From: Mobula hypostoma | Lineage: Eukaryota | Direction: 5' to 3' | DNA length: 64,000 nucleotides | NCBI RefSeq assembly: GCF_963921235.1 | Contig: NC_086097.1 | Span: 239,818,001-239,882,000 of the forward strand | Shown here: positions 38,880-52,649 of the stretch, piece after piece | How the letters are laid out: each line of letters opens with the position of its first letter | How positions within the stretch are numbered: position 1 is the first letter of the stretch | Notes under the pieces: model-generated | Database searches by the model: none | The model's input: only the letters and a program-made list of their open reading frames with translations | What the model was told of the DNA's origin: nothing | Made by a program: the position numbers and the translations under genes

Positions 38880-41335
38880 TTATAGAAAACCATAGAAAAA
38901 CTACAGCATAGAAACAGGCCTTTTGGCCCTTCTTGGCTGTGCCGAACCATTTTCTGCCTAGTCCCACTGACCTGCACACGGACCATATCCCTCCATACAC
39001 CTCCCATCCATGTATCTGTTCAATTTATTCTTAAATGTTAAAAAAGAACCCGCATTTACCACCTCGTCTGGCAGCTCATTCCATACTCCTACCACTCTCT
39101 GTGTGAAGAAGCCCCCACTAATATTCCCTTTAAACTTTTCCCCCCTCACCCTTTTTCACCCCTCACCCTAAACCCATGTCCTCTGGTTTTTTTCTCCCCT
39201 TGCCTCAGTGGAAAAAGCCTGCTTGCATTCACTCTATCTATACCCATCATAATTTTATCTACCTCTATCAAATCTCCCCTCATTCTTCTACGCTCCAGGG
39301 AATAAAGTCCTAACCTATTCAACCTTTCTCAGTAACTGAGTTTCTCAAGTTCCGGCAACATCCTTGTAAACCTTCTCTGCATTCTTTCTACATTATTAGT
39401 ATCCTTCCTGTAATTTGGTGACCAAAACTGAACACAATACTCCAGATTCGGCCTCACCAATGCCTTATACAACCTCATCATAACATTCCAGCTCTTATAC
39501 TCAATACTTTGATTAATAAAGGCCAATGTACCAAAAGCTCTCTTTACGAGCCTATCTACCTGTGACACCACTTTTAGGGAATTTTGTATCTGTATTCCCA
39601 GATCCGTCTGTTTCACTGCACTCCTCAGTGCCTTACCATTAACCCTGTATGTTCTACCTCCGTTTGTCCTTCCAACGTGCAATACCTCACACTTGTCTGT
39701 ATTAAACTCTATCTGCCATTTTTCAGCCCATTTTTCCAGCTGGTCCAAGTCCCTCTGCAGGCTCTGAGTACCTTCCTCACTGTCTACTACACCTCCAATC
39801 TTTGTACCATCAGCAAATTTGCTGATCCAATTTACCACATTATCATTGATATAGATGACAAATAACAATGGACCCAGCACTGATCCCTGTGGCACACCAC
39901 TAGTCACAGGCCTCCACTCGGAAAAGCAATTCTCTACTACCACTCTTTGGCTTCTTCCATTGAGCCAATGTCTAATCCAATTTACCACCTCTCCATGTAT
40001 ACCTAGCGACTGAATTTTCCTAACTAACCTCCCATGTGGAACCTTGTCAAAGGCCTTACTGAAGTCCATGTAGACAATATCCACTGCCTTCCCTTCATCC
40101 ACTTTCCTGGTAACCTCCTCGAAAAACTCCAATAGATTGGTCAAACATGACCTACCACGCGCAAAGCCATGTTGACTTTCCCTAATAAGTCCCTGTCTAT
40201 CCAAATGCTTGTAGATTCTGTCTCTTAGTACTCCTTCCAATAACTTACTACTACCGTCGTTAAACTTACTGGCCTATAATTTCCCGGATTACTTTTTGAT
40301 CCTTTTTTAAACAACGGAACAACATGAGCCACTCTCCAATCCTCTGGCACCTCACCTGTAGACAACGACATTTTAAATATTTCTGCCAGGGCCCCTGCAA
40401 TTTCAACACTAGTCTCCTTCAAGGTCCGAGGGAACACCCTGTCAGGTCCCGGGGATTTATCCACTTTAATTTTCCTCAAGACAGCAAGCACCTCCTCCTT
40501 TTCAATCTGTACGGTTTCCATGATCTCACTACTTGTTTCCCTTAATTCCATAGACTTCATGCCAGTTTCCTTAGTAAATACAGATGCAAAAAACCTATTT
40601 AAGATCTCCCCCATTTCCTTTGGTTCAACACATAGCCGACCACTCTGATCTTCAAGAGGACCAATTTTATCCCTTACAATCCTTTTCCTCTTAATATACC
40701 TATAAAAGCTCTTTGGATTATCCTTCACTTTGACTTCCAAGGCAACCTCATGGCTTCTTTTAGCCCTCCTGATTTCTTTCTTAAGTATTTTCTTGCACTT
40801 CTTATACTCCTCAAGCACCTTATTTACTCCCTGTTTCCTATACATGTCATATAACTCCCTCTTCTTCTTTATCAGAGTTGCAATATCCCTTGAGAACCAA
40901 GGTTCCTCATTCCTATTTACTTTGCCTTTAATCCTGACAGGAACATACAAATTCTGCACTCTCAAAATTTCTCCTTTGAAGGCTTCCCACCTACCAATCA
41001 CATCTTTGCCAGAGAACAACCTGTCCCAATCCACGCTTTTTAGGTCCTTTCTCATATCTTCAAATTTGGCCTTCTTCCAGTTCAGAACCTCAACCCTAGG
41101 ACCAGATCTATCCTTGTCCATGATCAAGTTGAAACTAATGGTGTTATGATCACTGGAACCAAAGTGCTCCCCTACATAAACTTCCGTCACTTGTCCTAAC
41201 TCGTTTCCTAACAGGAGTTCCAATATTGCATCCTCTCTAGTTGGTCCCTCTATATATTGATTTAGAAAACTTTCCTGAACACATTTTACCAACTCTAAAC
41301 CATCTAGACCCCTAACAGTATGGGAGTCCCAATAA
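38880..41335 (-). mobile_element. CR1 LINE ORF2, 5'-truncated, young subfamily B
   Basis: ORFs 40225..41292 and 39329..40240 (GSSDHN, NYRPVSLT, DFSKAFDKVPH, PQGSVLGP). Confidence 0.97.
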
Positions 41336-41339
41336 CTTC

Positions 41340-41585
41340 ATGTTTCCTGCAGTTGCCTGCTATCTCTCTCTTCTAATCCCTCCATGAGGTGTGTGTTCCC
41401 TTATCTCACCTTTTCTGAAGTCCACAATTAATTCTTTGGTCTTTCTGACATTGAATGCAAGGTTGTTGCTGCGATACCATTGAACTAGATGATATATCTC
41501 ACTCCTGTACACCTTTTCTGCCAACAATAGTTGTGTCGTCAGCAAATTTATAGATAGCATTTGAGCTGTGCCTTGCCACACACAA
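41340..41585 (-). mobile_element. Old Rex1-like RT fragment
   Basis: ORF 41360..41581 (NNLAFNVRKTKELIVDFRKG). Confidence 0.8.
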
Positions 41586-42243
41586 CCTCAGGGTAGTATC
41601 TGATGACTTAGAGTATATATACTTGGTTAATAAATTTTCCTTGTACTTTAAAATAAAGAGTCAAGTTGGTTTATGTCAAAGAATAAAGGCATTACAAGTA
41701 GATGCAAAAGAAAAGCTAATGTAATGGAGGTCTCAATGGTCTACAGATTAAACTGTTCAATCTTTTTCACTGCATATGTTGATTGGATCGACATTAACAA
41801 TTACAACATAGTTAAAGGAATACTCCAGAATAAACTACTAGACTTGACTTGTTGCAATTAATTGAATTGTTGCAAGTTAAGTCTAATTAGTAAATGTGCA
41901 AATTCTGTAAGATCTTAAAATATAGCAGCAAACCGAGAGGTAAGATTCTATTTGTGCAAATTAAAAGATGGTACAATGTAATTCAGTGGATCGTGGTAAT
42001 TCACAGTTCATTGATTCACAGACTTACTTTACACTAACAATGGTGAATGTCGTTATCACATTGTACTTTATGAGCAAAAACCAGCCAATCATAAACTGAC
42101 CTGTCCTGACAACTCTTCCACTTTCAATTAAAACAGTAAACATTGACTTTCAAATAAATGTAGTACACAACTTGAATCATGCTTAACTGAAGTCATTAAA
42201 ACATCTGTATAGAACAGAGAATGGTGCAGCACTGTGTAGGCCA

Positions 42244-42397
42244 ATACTTATAACACGCTGGAGGAACTCAGCAGCTCGGGCAGCATCCATGGAAACGATC
42301 AGTCAGTGATTCCACTGATGCTGCCCGACCTGCTGAGTTCCTCCAGCGTGTTGTGAGTGTTGCTTTGACCCCAGCATCTGCAGATTATTTTGTGTTT
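42244..42397. mobile_element. Palindromic Penelope-pLTR-derived insertion (hammerhead core deleted)
   Basis: 13-bp TSD ACTGTGTAGGCCA (42231-43, 42398-410). Inverted arms aacacgctggaggaactcagcag / ctgctgagttcctccagcgtgtt. Confidence 0.88.
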
Positions 42398-42544
42398 ACT
42401 GTGTAGGCCATTTGGCCTATGATGTTATGCCAACTTTTTAACCTACTTAAATTCAATCCAACGCTTCACTCCACCCCCCCATAACTCTCCATTGTTCTAT
42501 GATCTATATGCCTATGTAAGATAGGACATATAAAAGATAGGCTT

Positions 42545-43893
42545 GGGTCAATGTGCAGGGCCTATCAGCGGTGGCAACTGAGCTCAACGAAGGAGTGCTT
42601 CTCGCAGATTAGAGTTGATAATTTAAAATGAGAGATTCGCTGGCGTTAGTCCATTGTGCGGGGCCTATCAACGGTGGCAACTGAGCTCAACGAACGAAAT
42701 AACAGAAGGGATAAGTGGAGTGGCCATTGTTGGGAGTAGGCCAGTGGAGAGAGTAGAAGCGACAGGCTTTGGCTCATTCAGGCTTTGGTGAGGTAAGTGG
42801 GTAGGCGGACTTTGTTTCTGGTTTTTATTTGCATTTTTTTGTGGAAAAGGGAGCATGTTGGTAGGGTAAGTATTTTGCTCTGGATGGAGGATGTTGGAAT
42901 CCTGGGAATATTCCAGTCTCCCAGATGGCCACATCTGCACCAGGTGCACCGAGATGCAGCTCCTGAGAGACTGTGTTAGGGATCTGGAGCTGCGGCTCGA
43001 TGACCTACAGCTTATTAGGGAGAGTGAACAAGAGACAGAGAGGAGCTACAGGGAGTCAGTCACCCCGAGGCTGCAGGAGTTCGATAAGTGGGTGATGGTC
43101 AGGGAAGCGAGGGAAAGAGCTCAGATAGTAGAGAACACCCCTGTGGCCATCCCCCTCAGTAATCATTATCTTGTTTTGGATGCGGTTGAGGGGGATGACC
43201 TGACAGAGGACGACCACGCCGATCGGGTCTCTGGCCAACCCTGCTTCCATGGTGCAGAAAGAAACGAGAAAGATGAGGAATGCGGTAATCATAGGGGATT
43301 CCATAGTGAGGGGAACAGACAGGAGGTTCTGTCAGCCTGATAGAGATACCCACATGGTCTGTTGCCTCGCAGGTGCTAGGGTACGGGATGTCTCGGATCG
43401 GGTGCAGGGTATTCTGAAGGGAGAGGGTGAACAGCCAGAAGTCTTGGTACTCGTTGGTACCAATGACATAGGTAGAAAAAAGGAGGAGGTCCTGAAGAGA
43501 CAATTCAGGGAGTTGGGTAGGCAGCTGAAAAGCAGGAACACTAGGGTAGTAAACTCAGGATTGCTCCCTGTGCCACACGCTAGCGAGAGCAAGATTAACA
43601 CGATCAGGCGTATTAATGTGTGGCTGAGAGACTGGTGTAGGGGGCAGGGATTCAGATTCCTGGATCATTGGGGCCTCTTCTGGGGGAGGTACGACCTGTA
43701 CAAAAAGGACAGGTTACACCTGAACACAAAGGGGTCCAATGTTCTAGCAGGCACATTTAATATAACTGTTAGGGAGGGTTTAAACTAATTTGGCAGGGGG
43801 ATGGGAACCGGAATGATAGGGTTGAGGAAGGGGAAAACAAAAAAGAAATCAAAGATAGCGTGCAACAGAGATTATGGAAAGAACAGGCAGGAG
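42545..43893 (+). mobile_element. CR1 5' UTR plus ORF1 (zinc finger and SGNH esterase)
   Basis: ORFs 42891..43340 (HICTRC, leucine heptads) and 43249..43788 (IIGDSIVRG, VGTND, DRLH). The 5' end is duplicated (42555-92 and 42655-93). Confidence 0.93.
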
Positions 43894-44980
43894 ATAAGAC
43901 CATAAGATATAGGAGCAAAAGCAGAACATTCGTTCCACCATTCAATCATGGACTGATCCAATTCTTCCAGTCATCCCCACTCCCCTGCCTTCTCCCCGTA
44001 CCTGTTGATGCCCTGGCTAATCAAGAGCCTATCTATGTCTGCCTTAAATACACCCAATGACTTGGCCTCCACAGCTGCTCGTGGTAACAAATTCCACAGA
44101 TTCACCACCCTCTGACTAAAATAATTTCTCCGCTTCTCAGTTCTAAATAGATGCCTTTCAATCCTGAAGTCATGCCCTCTTGTCCTAGAATCCCATACCA
44201 TGGGAAATAACTTTGCCATATCTAATCTGTTCAGGCCTTTTAACCTTCGGAATGTTTCTATGAGGTACCCCCTTATTCTCCTGAACTTGAGGGGGTACAG
44301 CCTAATAGCTGCCAGATGTTCCTCAAACGGTAACCCTTTCATTCCTGGAATCATTCTTGTGAATCTTCTCTGAACCCTCTCCAATGTCAGTATATGCTTT
44401 CTAAAATAAAGAGCCCAAATCTGCACACAATACTCCAACTGTGGTCTCATGAGTGTCTCGTAGAGCTTCAACATCACATCTCTGCTCTTATATTCTATAC
44501 CTCTATAAATGAATGCCAACATTGCATTCGCCTTCTTCTCAACTGACTCAACCTGGAGGTTAACCTTTAGGGTATCTTGCACAAGGACTCCTAAGTCCCT
44601 TTGCATCTCTGCATTTTGAATTCTCTCCTCCTCTAAATAATAGTCTGCCCATTTATTTCTTCCACCAAAGTGCACGACCATACGTTTTCCACCACTGTAT
44701 TTCATATATTACTTCTTCGTCCATTCCCCTAAACTATCTAAGTCTCTTTGCAGGCTTTCTATTTCCTCAACACTACCCGCTCCTCCAACTATCTTTGTAT
44801 TATCGGCCAATTTATCCATGAATGCTGCAGTCCAAATCATTGACATACATCGTAAAAAGCAGCACTCCCAACACCGACCCCTGTGGAACTCCACTGGTAA
44901 CCAGCAGCCAGCCAGAACAGGATCCCTTTATTCCCACTCTCTGTTTTCTGCTGACCAGCCAATGCTTCACCCATGCTAGC
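43894..44980 (-). mobile_element. CR1 3' part
   Basis: ORFs 43971..44705 and 44709..44894, with an ataagacc tail. Confidence 0.93.
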
Positions 44981-45364
44981 AGATTCAATGGGCCAAAGGC
45001 CTACTTCTTCTCCTATATCTTATGGTCTTACATTCTTACTGGGCCTCAACTTCTGGACTTCAAATTGACCCTCAGGCCTCAATTCTTGGTATCAACCCCT
45101 ACTTATTCCACCACTCTTGGCAGTATGTTTCACGCACTCACCACTCTCTGCTTAAAAAACATACCTCTGACATCCCTCCTGTTCTTTCCTACAATCCTCT
45201 CCTTGTTTTAGCCATTTACGACCTGGGGATAAGTCTCTGGCTGACCACTCTCTCAATGTCTTTTATCATCTTCTAAACCTCAAGTTACTCTCATCCTCCT
45301 TCACTATAAAGAGAAAAGCCCTAGCTCGCTCAACCTTTCCTCGTTAGACATGCTCTCTCATCTA

Positions 45365-46470
45365 TATAAGACCACAAGACATTGGAGCAGAATTAGGCAA
45401 TATGGCCCATTGCATCTGCTCCGCCATTTAATCATAGCTGATCATTTTCTTCCCTCCTCAGTCCCACTCCCCGGCCTTCTCCCATAATCTTTGATGCAGT
45501 GGCCAATTAAGATCCTATCAATCTCTGCTTTAAATACACTCAATGACCTGGCCTTCACAGCTGCCTGTGGTAATAAATTCCACAAATTCACCACCCTTTG
45601 GATAAAGAAATTTCTAGGCACCTCTATTTTAAATGGCTGCACCTCTATCCTGAAGCTGTGCTCTCTTGTCCTAGACTCCCCCACCAAGGGAAACATCCTT
45701 TCCATATCTACTGTGTCTAGGCCTTTCAACTTTTGAAAGGTTTCAATGAGATCCCCCTCATCCTTCTAAATTCTAGTGAGTACAGACCCACAACTATCAA
45801 ACGTTCTTCCCTGGAGCATAGAAGAATGAGGGGAGATTTGATAGAGGTATATAAAATTATGATGGGTATAGATAGAGTGAATGCAAGCAGGCTTTTTCCA
45901 CTGAGGCAAGGGGAGAAAAAAACCAGAGGACATGGGTTAAGGGTGAGGGGGGAAAAGTTTAAAGGGAACATTAGGGGGGGCTTCTTCACACAGAGAGTGG
46001 TGGGGGTATGGAATGAGCTGCCAGACGAGGTGGTAAATGCGGGTTCTTTTTTAACATTTAAGAATAAATTGAACAGATACATGGATGGGAGATGTATGGA
46101 GGGATATGGTCCGTGTGCAGGTCAGTGGAACTAGGCAGAAAGTGGTTCAGCACAGCCAAGAAGGGCCAAAAGTCTGTTTCTGTGCTGTAGTTTCTATGGT
46201 TTCTATGGTTTCTATATGATAACCCTTTTGTTCCTGAAATCATCCTTGTGAACCGCCTCTGAACTCTCTCCAATGCCAGCACATCTTTTCCTAGATGTGG
46301 AGCCCAAAACTGTTCACAATACTCAGGGTACGGCCTCACCAGTGCCTTATAAAGTCTCAGCATCACATTCCTGCTCTTGTATTCTAGACCTCTTGAAATA
46401 AATGCTAACATGGCATTTGCCTTCACTGACTCAACCTGCAAATTAACCTTCAGGGTGTTCTGCACAAGGA
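45365..46470 (-). mobile_element. CR1 3' part interrupted by a plus-strand subfamily B CR1 (45805-46215)
   Basis: Minus ORFs 45442..45729 and 46058..46486 flank the plus ORF 45733..46134. Confidence 0.9.
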
Positions 46471-47130
46471 CTTCATACTGTGACAATGAAGCAAAACTTT
46501 CAGCTAAAATACAACGAGATCAACTTTCCTGTGAATGTAACAGTAATACTAAACACACTCATCGTTCATTATGTGCAGGTTGAGCAGCAGTTCCCAATGA
46601 ACACTGAGGAAAAAGTCATCCAAGGTGCAACATCTCCTCATGTGTGGATATGGCTAAGCACATCACAGAAACCAGATTCCCTTCTATGGACTCTGTCAAA
46701 GCTTCTCACTGTCTCAGTAAAGCACCCAGCATAATCAAAGGCATTCTCCTTCCCTCCTCTCCCATCGGCCAAAGATACAAAAGCCACAAAGCACACACCA
46801 TTAGGCTCATTGATAGCTTCTACCCTGCTCCAATAAGATTAGTAAGTGGTTCCCTAAGACGATAAGTTGAACTCTTGACCTCACAATCTACCTCACTATG
46901 ATCTTGCACTATGTTGTTTACCTGCACTTCACTTTCTCAGTAACTGTCACCCTTTATCCTGCATTGTTATTGCTCTACCTCAACGCCCTGTGTAGTAATT
47001 TATCTATGTGAACACAATGCAAGACATGCATTCCACAGTATCTCAATACATGTGACAAGAATAAACCACTATCAAGAAATGTCCCTTCAGTTCTAATAAA
47101 GAACAGGAAAATAGAAATGATTGTGACAAA

Positions 47131-47280
47131 CCATAAACACAAGAGATTTTGTAGATACTGGAAATCCAGACTAACACACAGAAAATGCTGGAGGAACTCA
47201 GCAGGTCAGTCAGTATCTAATGAAGGGAATAAAGTGTTGATGTTTCAAGCCAAGACCCCTCATCAGGACTTGAAGAGGTG
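47131..47280 (-). mobile_element. Penelope pLTR fragment with CpG-decayed hammerhead
   Basis: TSD GTGACAAA (47123-30, 47281-88). Minus strand AGTC-CTGATGA-GGGG..CTT-GAAA-CA-TC. Confidence 0.8.
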
Positions 47281-47493
47281 GTGACAAATTGGTCACTTTC
47301 AATATTCAAAGGGATCGTGATTGGATGGATCAGGATATACAGAAAGTAAATGCACAAGCAATTGGATAACTTGATGGTCTTTAATGCAACTACACTATCC
47401 AATACACTCATTTTCTCCATCTCTTTACATTTGCTCCAATGATGAGACATTTCACTGTGGTGCCTCTGAAACTCCTGCCCACTTTCTGAACTT

Positions 47494-48225
47494 TAGTCAT
47501 AGTCATAGTCATACTTTATTGATCCCGAGGGAAATTGGTTTTCATTACAGTTGCACCATAAATAATTATATAGTAATAAAACCATAAATAATTAAATAGT
47601 AATATGTAAATTATGCCAGGAAATAAGTCCAGGACCAGCCTATTGGCTCAGGGTGTCTGACCCTCTAAGGGAGGAGTTGTAAAGTTTGATGGCCACAGGC
47701 AGGAATGGCTTCCTATGATGTTCTGTGTTGCATCTCGGTGGAATGAGTCTCAGGCTGAATGTACTCCTGTGCGCACCCAGTACATTATGTAGTGGATGGG
47801 AGACATTGTCCAAGATGGCATGCAACTTGGACAGCATCCTCTTTTCAGACACCACCGTCAGAGAGTGCAGTTCCATCCCCACAACATCACTGGCCTTACG
47901 AATGAGTTTGTTGATTCTGTTGGTGTCTGCTACCCTCAGCCTGCTGCCCCAGCACACAACAGCAAACATAATAGCACTGGCCACCACAGACTCGTAGAAC
48001 ATCCTCAGCATCGTCCGGCAGATGTTAAAGGACCTCAGTCTCCTCAGGAAATAGAGACGGCTCTGACCCTTCTTGTAGACAGCCTCAGTGTTCTTTGACC
48101 AGTCCAGTTTATTGTCAATTCATATCCCCAGGTATTTGTAATCCTCCACCATGTCCACACTGACCCCCTGGATGGAAACAGGGGTCACTGGTGCCTTAGC
48201 CCTCCTCAGGTCTACCACCAGCTCT
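47494..48225 (-). mobile_element. Rex1/Babar LINE 3' part, young family
   Basis: ORF 47640..48011 and a (GTCATA)n tail on the plus strand. Confidence 0.92.
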
Positions 48226-49579
48226 TTAGCTTCCGTTCTGTCATCTATCTCTCACATGCCTGCTTCTGGACAGGGCATGAACAAAGGTCCCATGATCCTA
48301 TGGTACACCCTAACAGCCTCTACATTCAATGGATCATTCTTTGTAACTTCTGTCATATCCAAAGATGGTCCATCGCTAAAAAGCTCAAAGTTCGAAGTAA
48401 ATTATACTATGAGATTCAGTTTCTTACAAAAATTCACAATAGAAACATGAAATACGACAGAATAAATGAAAAACTGCACACCAAGACCGACGAGCAATCA
48501 ACATGCAAAAGAAGACAAACCATGTAAGTACAATAACAAGTTAAAAGTACACAAATAAACAAATAAAACAGAGAACATGAGTTGCAGAGTCTTTGAAAGT
48601 TACTCCATTGGTTGTGTTCGGTGTTACTGTGAATAAACACACACTGGTTCAGGAGCTTGCAGGTTGAAAGATAATAACTGTTACTGAACCTGGTCACTTT
48701 AAAGGTCCTGCCCTTAACAGTATGCTGTCTCAATTGGCCAAGGATTTCCAAATGCTCATAACGTTAGGTCTCGAAATTAGCTCAGTGCTATCACGCTACC
48801 TGACCTGCTGATTGTTTCCAGCATTTCTGTTGTTGTTGCAAGGAAGAAAAATCACGGAAGGAAAGAAATTTTGCTGAGATTGTCCTTTGGCGGCAACTTT
48901 GGAGCGCTGTGTGCCATAAGAAAAGAAGATTGGAATCATTCCCACATGAATTCATTGGGTTGATTCCTGGGATTGGCAAATTGTCCTGTGAAGTGAGTAA
49001 AAATTACTTGGTGCTTCTGTGAGTTTAAATGAATGGGTTTATTTCATTGGGACATACAAAGAATTGGCAGGCATGTTGCCAAGAGGCTGCTATCCTCAGT
49101 TCGTAAAACTAAAACAAGGGTAAATAGTCACAGAAAAGGAGGTCAGACTATGTCTGGGATTTTCTCGTAATGGCTGTTCAGTGATTAAGTATATTCATGG
49201 TTGAGACTCATGGAGATTAAGGCATTAAAGAGGAAGGTTGAAGTTCATATTGGACATCAAAGAGAGTAAAGCAGATGATTAGCCATGATCTTATTGAGTG
49301 GTGGGTACGGTAGTGTAGCAGTTAACGTGTTTACAGCAGCAGTGATCGGTGATTGTGGTTCGATTCCCAGTGTTGTCTACAAGGTGTTTATACATTCTCC
49401 TTGTGACTGTGTGGTTTCATCCGGGTACAGTCCTCCCACATTCCAAGGACATACGGTTTGGGTTAGAGAATTGTGAGTGTGCTGTCTTGGTGCTGACAGA
49501 GTGACAACACTTGCAGGCTGCCCAGCACGATCCTCGCTGATTTGATTTGACACCAACGATGCAATTCACTGCATCTTCC

Positions 49580-50040
49580 AATATTTTGTTGCACATCACT
49601 GTTATATGTCAATGTAGGGTAGAGAGTGAGTTGGTAAATCTGGTGGGAGCAAGGGATAATGGAAATGGTGAGGGTGGAGTGCTGCAGGACAGGTGGCAGA
49701 GAAGGAGTGCCAGGGTAGGGGGGGATGGGTGACACGCATGTGGACACACCAGCCCAGAGACACCAGGCAAGGTCATTTGATTTCAAACAATTGGCTTATT
49801 GATCATTATAGAATGTCTCTCTGGTGCTTCCTGCTTTCTCCTCCCTCCCTTTCCCTTTTCCCTGCAATGATTCCCCTCTCCCTGCCCCCTTCCCACTCTC
49901 AGTCCGTGAAAGAGATCCATATCAAAATCAGGTTCATCATCACTCACATATGTCATAACATTTGATTTTTTTGTGGCAGCAGTACAGTGCAATACATAAA
50001 ATTACAGTACTGTGCAAAAGTCTTTGGCCACTCAGCTATA
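49580..50040 (-). mobile_element. Composite non-autonomous repeat with Tc1-type mini-MITE ends
   Basis: Reverse-complement homolog of 54846-55484. Contains cagtactgtgcaaaagtct at ~50004-50022. Confidence 0.65.
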
Positions 50041-52649
50041 TGTTGTACATGTGACAAGGAAAGCTAATATTAAATACTAAATCCTTTGAAGTTCCACATG
50101 ACTGACTTCCTGCTTCTAACACTTCTTTTCTTAAATTCCTTTATCTCTTTCTTTATTTCATTTATGTATTGTTCCAAAACTTTCTACGTTGGACTATGTT
50201 AGTTATTACTACTTCTTCCATCTGATATGGTTAAGGAGATGCAGGGTTAGTTATTTTGCTCACACTGGCTCCCGATGTTCATGGAGGTCTGCCTCTTTTA
50301 TAATGTTCACTGAAAGGAATTTATGCATACAACATGCATTAAAGTCTCACAGCTAGTGCAAATCTAATGAACAGTCAGTACCAGTCATTAGTACCAGTCA
50401 ATGCTAAACTCACATTAATAATTAACAAATAGAATAGATGAAATAAAGTGCATCATGGGCTGCTTCCAGTTTAAGATGGTTCTGGTGGATTGCTGCAACA
50501 TCTGGCTGGTGGCTGATGAAACATGGAAAACAACTAAATCCTTTGTTACTCACTCTTTCTCTGGTAAACAATCATCAAAAATGATAACCTGTAACTTTCC
50601 TTTGGACATGGAGGTAATTCGATGCAGCAGAACCGAACAAGGCGATGCAGTGGGCCCGTTGCCAAAAGCGAGGTAGGCCCAAGGTTCGATCACTTCACAT
50701 GTCAGGCAGAGTCTGAAAGGTCAGGTTGGTTCCAAGCCAAGTCAAGGCAGCGGAGCCCAGGCCTCAGAGCGTATCAAAGCGACTGAACATGATGCTTGGA
50801 TGACGACTTAGGTGCCGGGCCAGATTGGAAGGCCCAGGGTGTCAGGGCCGGCGATGAGCGACAGCTGGTTCATCTTGGTGCTCCACTCTGTGCTGAAGCC
50901 CTCCGGTGAAAAATGATATCGTATCTGTTAAATAGGGGCCGTGGACAATTCTGATTTGATGGAGAATGGACGTGAAAGCACAGAGGAACATCTGGAGAAA
51001 TTTCTGAAACGCCCGTTCACTGCTGTCTTTAATGTGTGGTCGGGAATATTTCGGATGGTAGGCCTCAAAATCCCTGGCCTTGCCTGCTTTTGGCGACCGA
51101 GAAGGAGGTCGAATCGTTCGGACAGAGATGGCGCTCAGTACTCGGTGTCGGAGAGCTGATCAGAGCTCGAAGTTTTCGGATGACTCAGAAATAGAAGCAG
51201 GAGTAGGCTATCTGGCCCGTCAAACCTGCTCCGCCACTCAATAAGATCATGGCTTATCTGACCATGGATACTTTTATGCATTGAGTTGCTGCTGCATGAT
51301 TAGCTGATTAGATAATCATGCATTAATGAGCAGATGTACAGGTAATAAAGTGGCACTGTGTGCATAACGTGCATGTTAATGGATTTTGAAAATATAATTG
51401 TTTTTTGTAGCAATTCACAGAGTGAATATAAAACCAATTTGAAAAGTAAAAATCAAATATTGGTTCAAAAAGTAACAGTGACTTTACAGAGCAAATAATG
51501 AAAAGCTACGTGATGGTGATAGTTTAATAAATAACTTTTACTTTATATGTGAACTTTTCATCTATTTAAAATTTAAGATTCAATGTAGTTCCGACAGAGA
51601 TCTACAAAGAGAATACAAACTACAAAGGTGGAATGCATGAAAATGTATTGAGATTACACAGGGTTTGGACAGCCACATGATATGGTTTCTGCATTGCCCT
51701 TCCCTTTGGTGGCAGGTCACGTTAGCCAACTAGTTGTAGCTATCTCTTCATTGGAGTGGTAAAAGTTCCACAAATAGGCATGAGGTGATTAATGACTATC
51801 AATGGTGAGGTAAATGATCGTCAGGACACTGAAAGGCTTATTTATTTATTTATTTGCTTGTTTATTCGTTTATTTATTTAGAGATACAGCATGGACCTTT
51901 CTGGCCCAACAAGCCTGTGTTGTCCAATTACACACAAACTATTCTTTAAATGATCCCATGGGATCTTTTCCATCCATCCATATAGGCACTTAAAATTATC
52001 AGCATAAGATAATTGGCCAGAAATTACTGTTCCCACTGCAGGTAAAACTGCTGCTCAGGGTCCCCACACATCTAAATGTGGATGCAAAGGGCTTGTCTTG
52101 CTAGCCCTTAACATCCTACAGTGTAGTAGCCCAAGTCCAAATAAACTGATGGGCCATGGGACAAGGCCACACTCCATAAAGTCCCTGACTGCCTCTGACA
52201 TAAGGCCAGACTGAGCTGGAGTTCTGTCTTCTATACATTTGTAATCCTTTTCTAAACATTCTCAAAATTACAGAGACATGAAAACTATTAAAATGAAATA
52301 ATTACAGATATTTTTTCATCTTTTCAAAAAAACATTGAGGAAGAAGAAGTACAGAAATAATAAAAATATTAGAATGAAGTGGAATAATTCAAGTAAATCC
52401 AACTCATCACTGCCTGATAACTCTGTGCACTGCAACCCCATTGAAATCCAGATGTAGATCACATGTTGGACAAGAGATGGATGGATAGTTTGTGAGATAA
52501 TGTTTTTCTTTTGTCATTTATTCTTGGACTCACCTGCTGGAGGATCTGAGTGGAGATTGGAACTATCAGATGTAATGCATACATTTGGGCCGACTGGCTG
52601 ATTTAGTGAAAGAATGCAACATAATGAATTAATACAATGTATTGAACTA

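Noticed and set aside
43249..43788. SGNH/GDSL esterase ORF as a cellular enzyme gene
   Set aside because: It is CR1 ORF1. The same domain precedes ORF2 in the element at 27190-31328.
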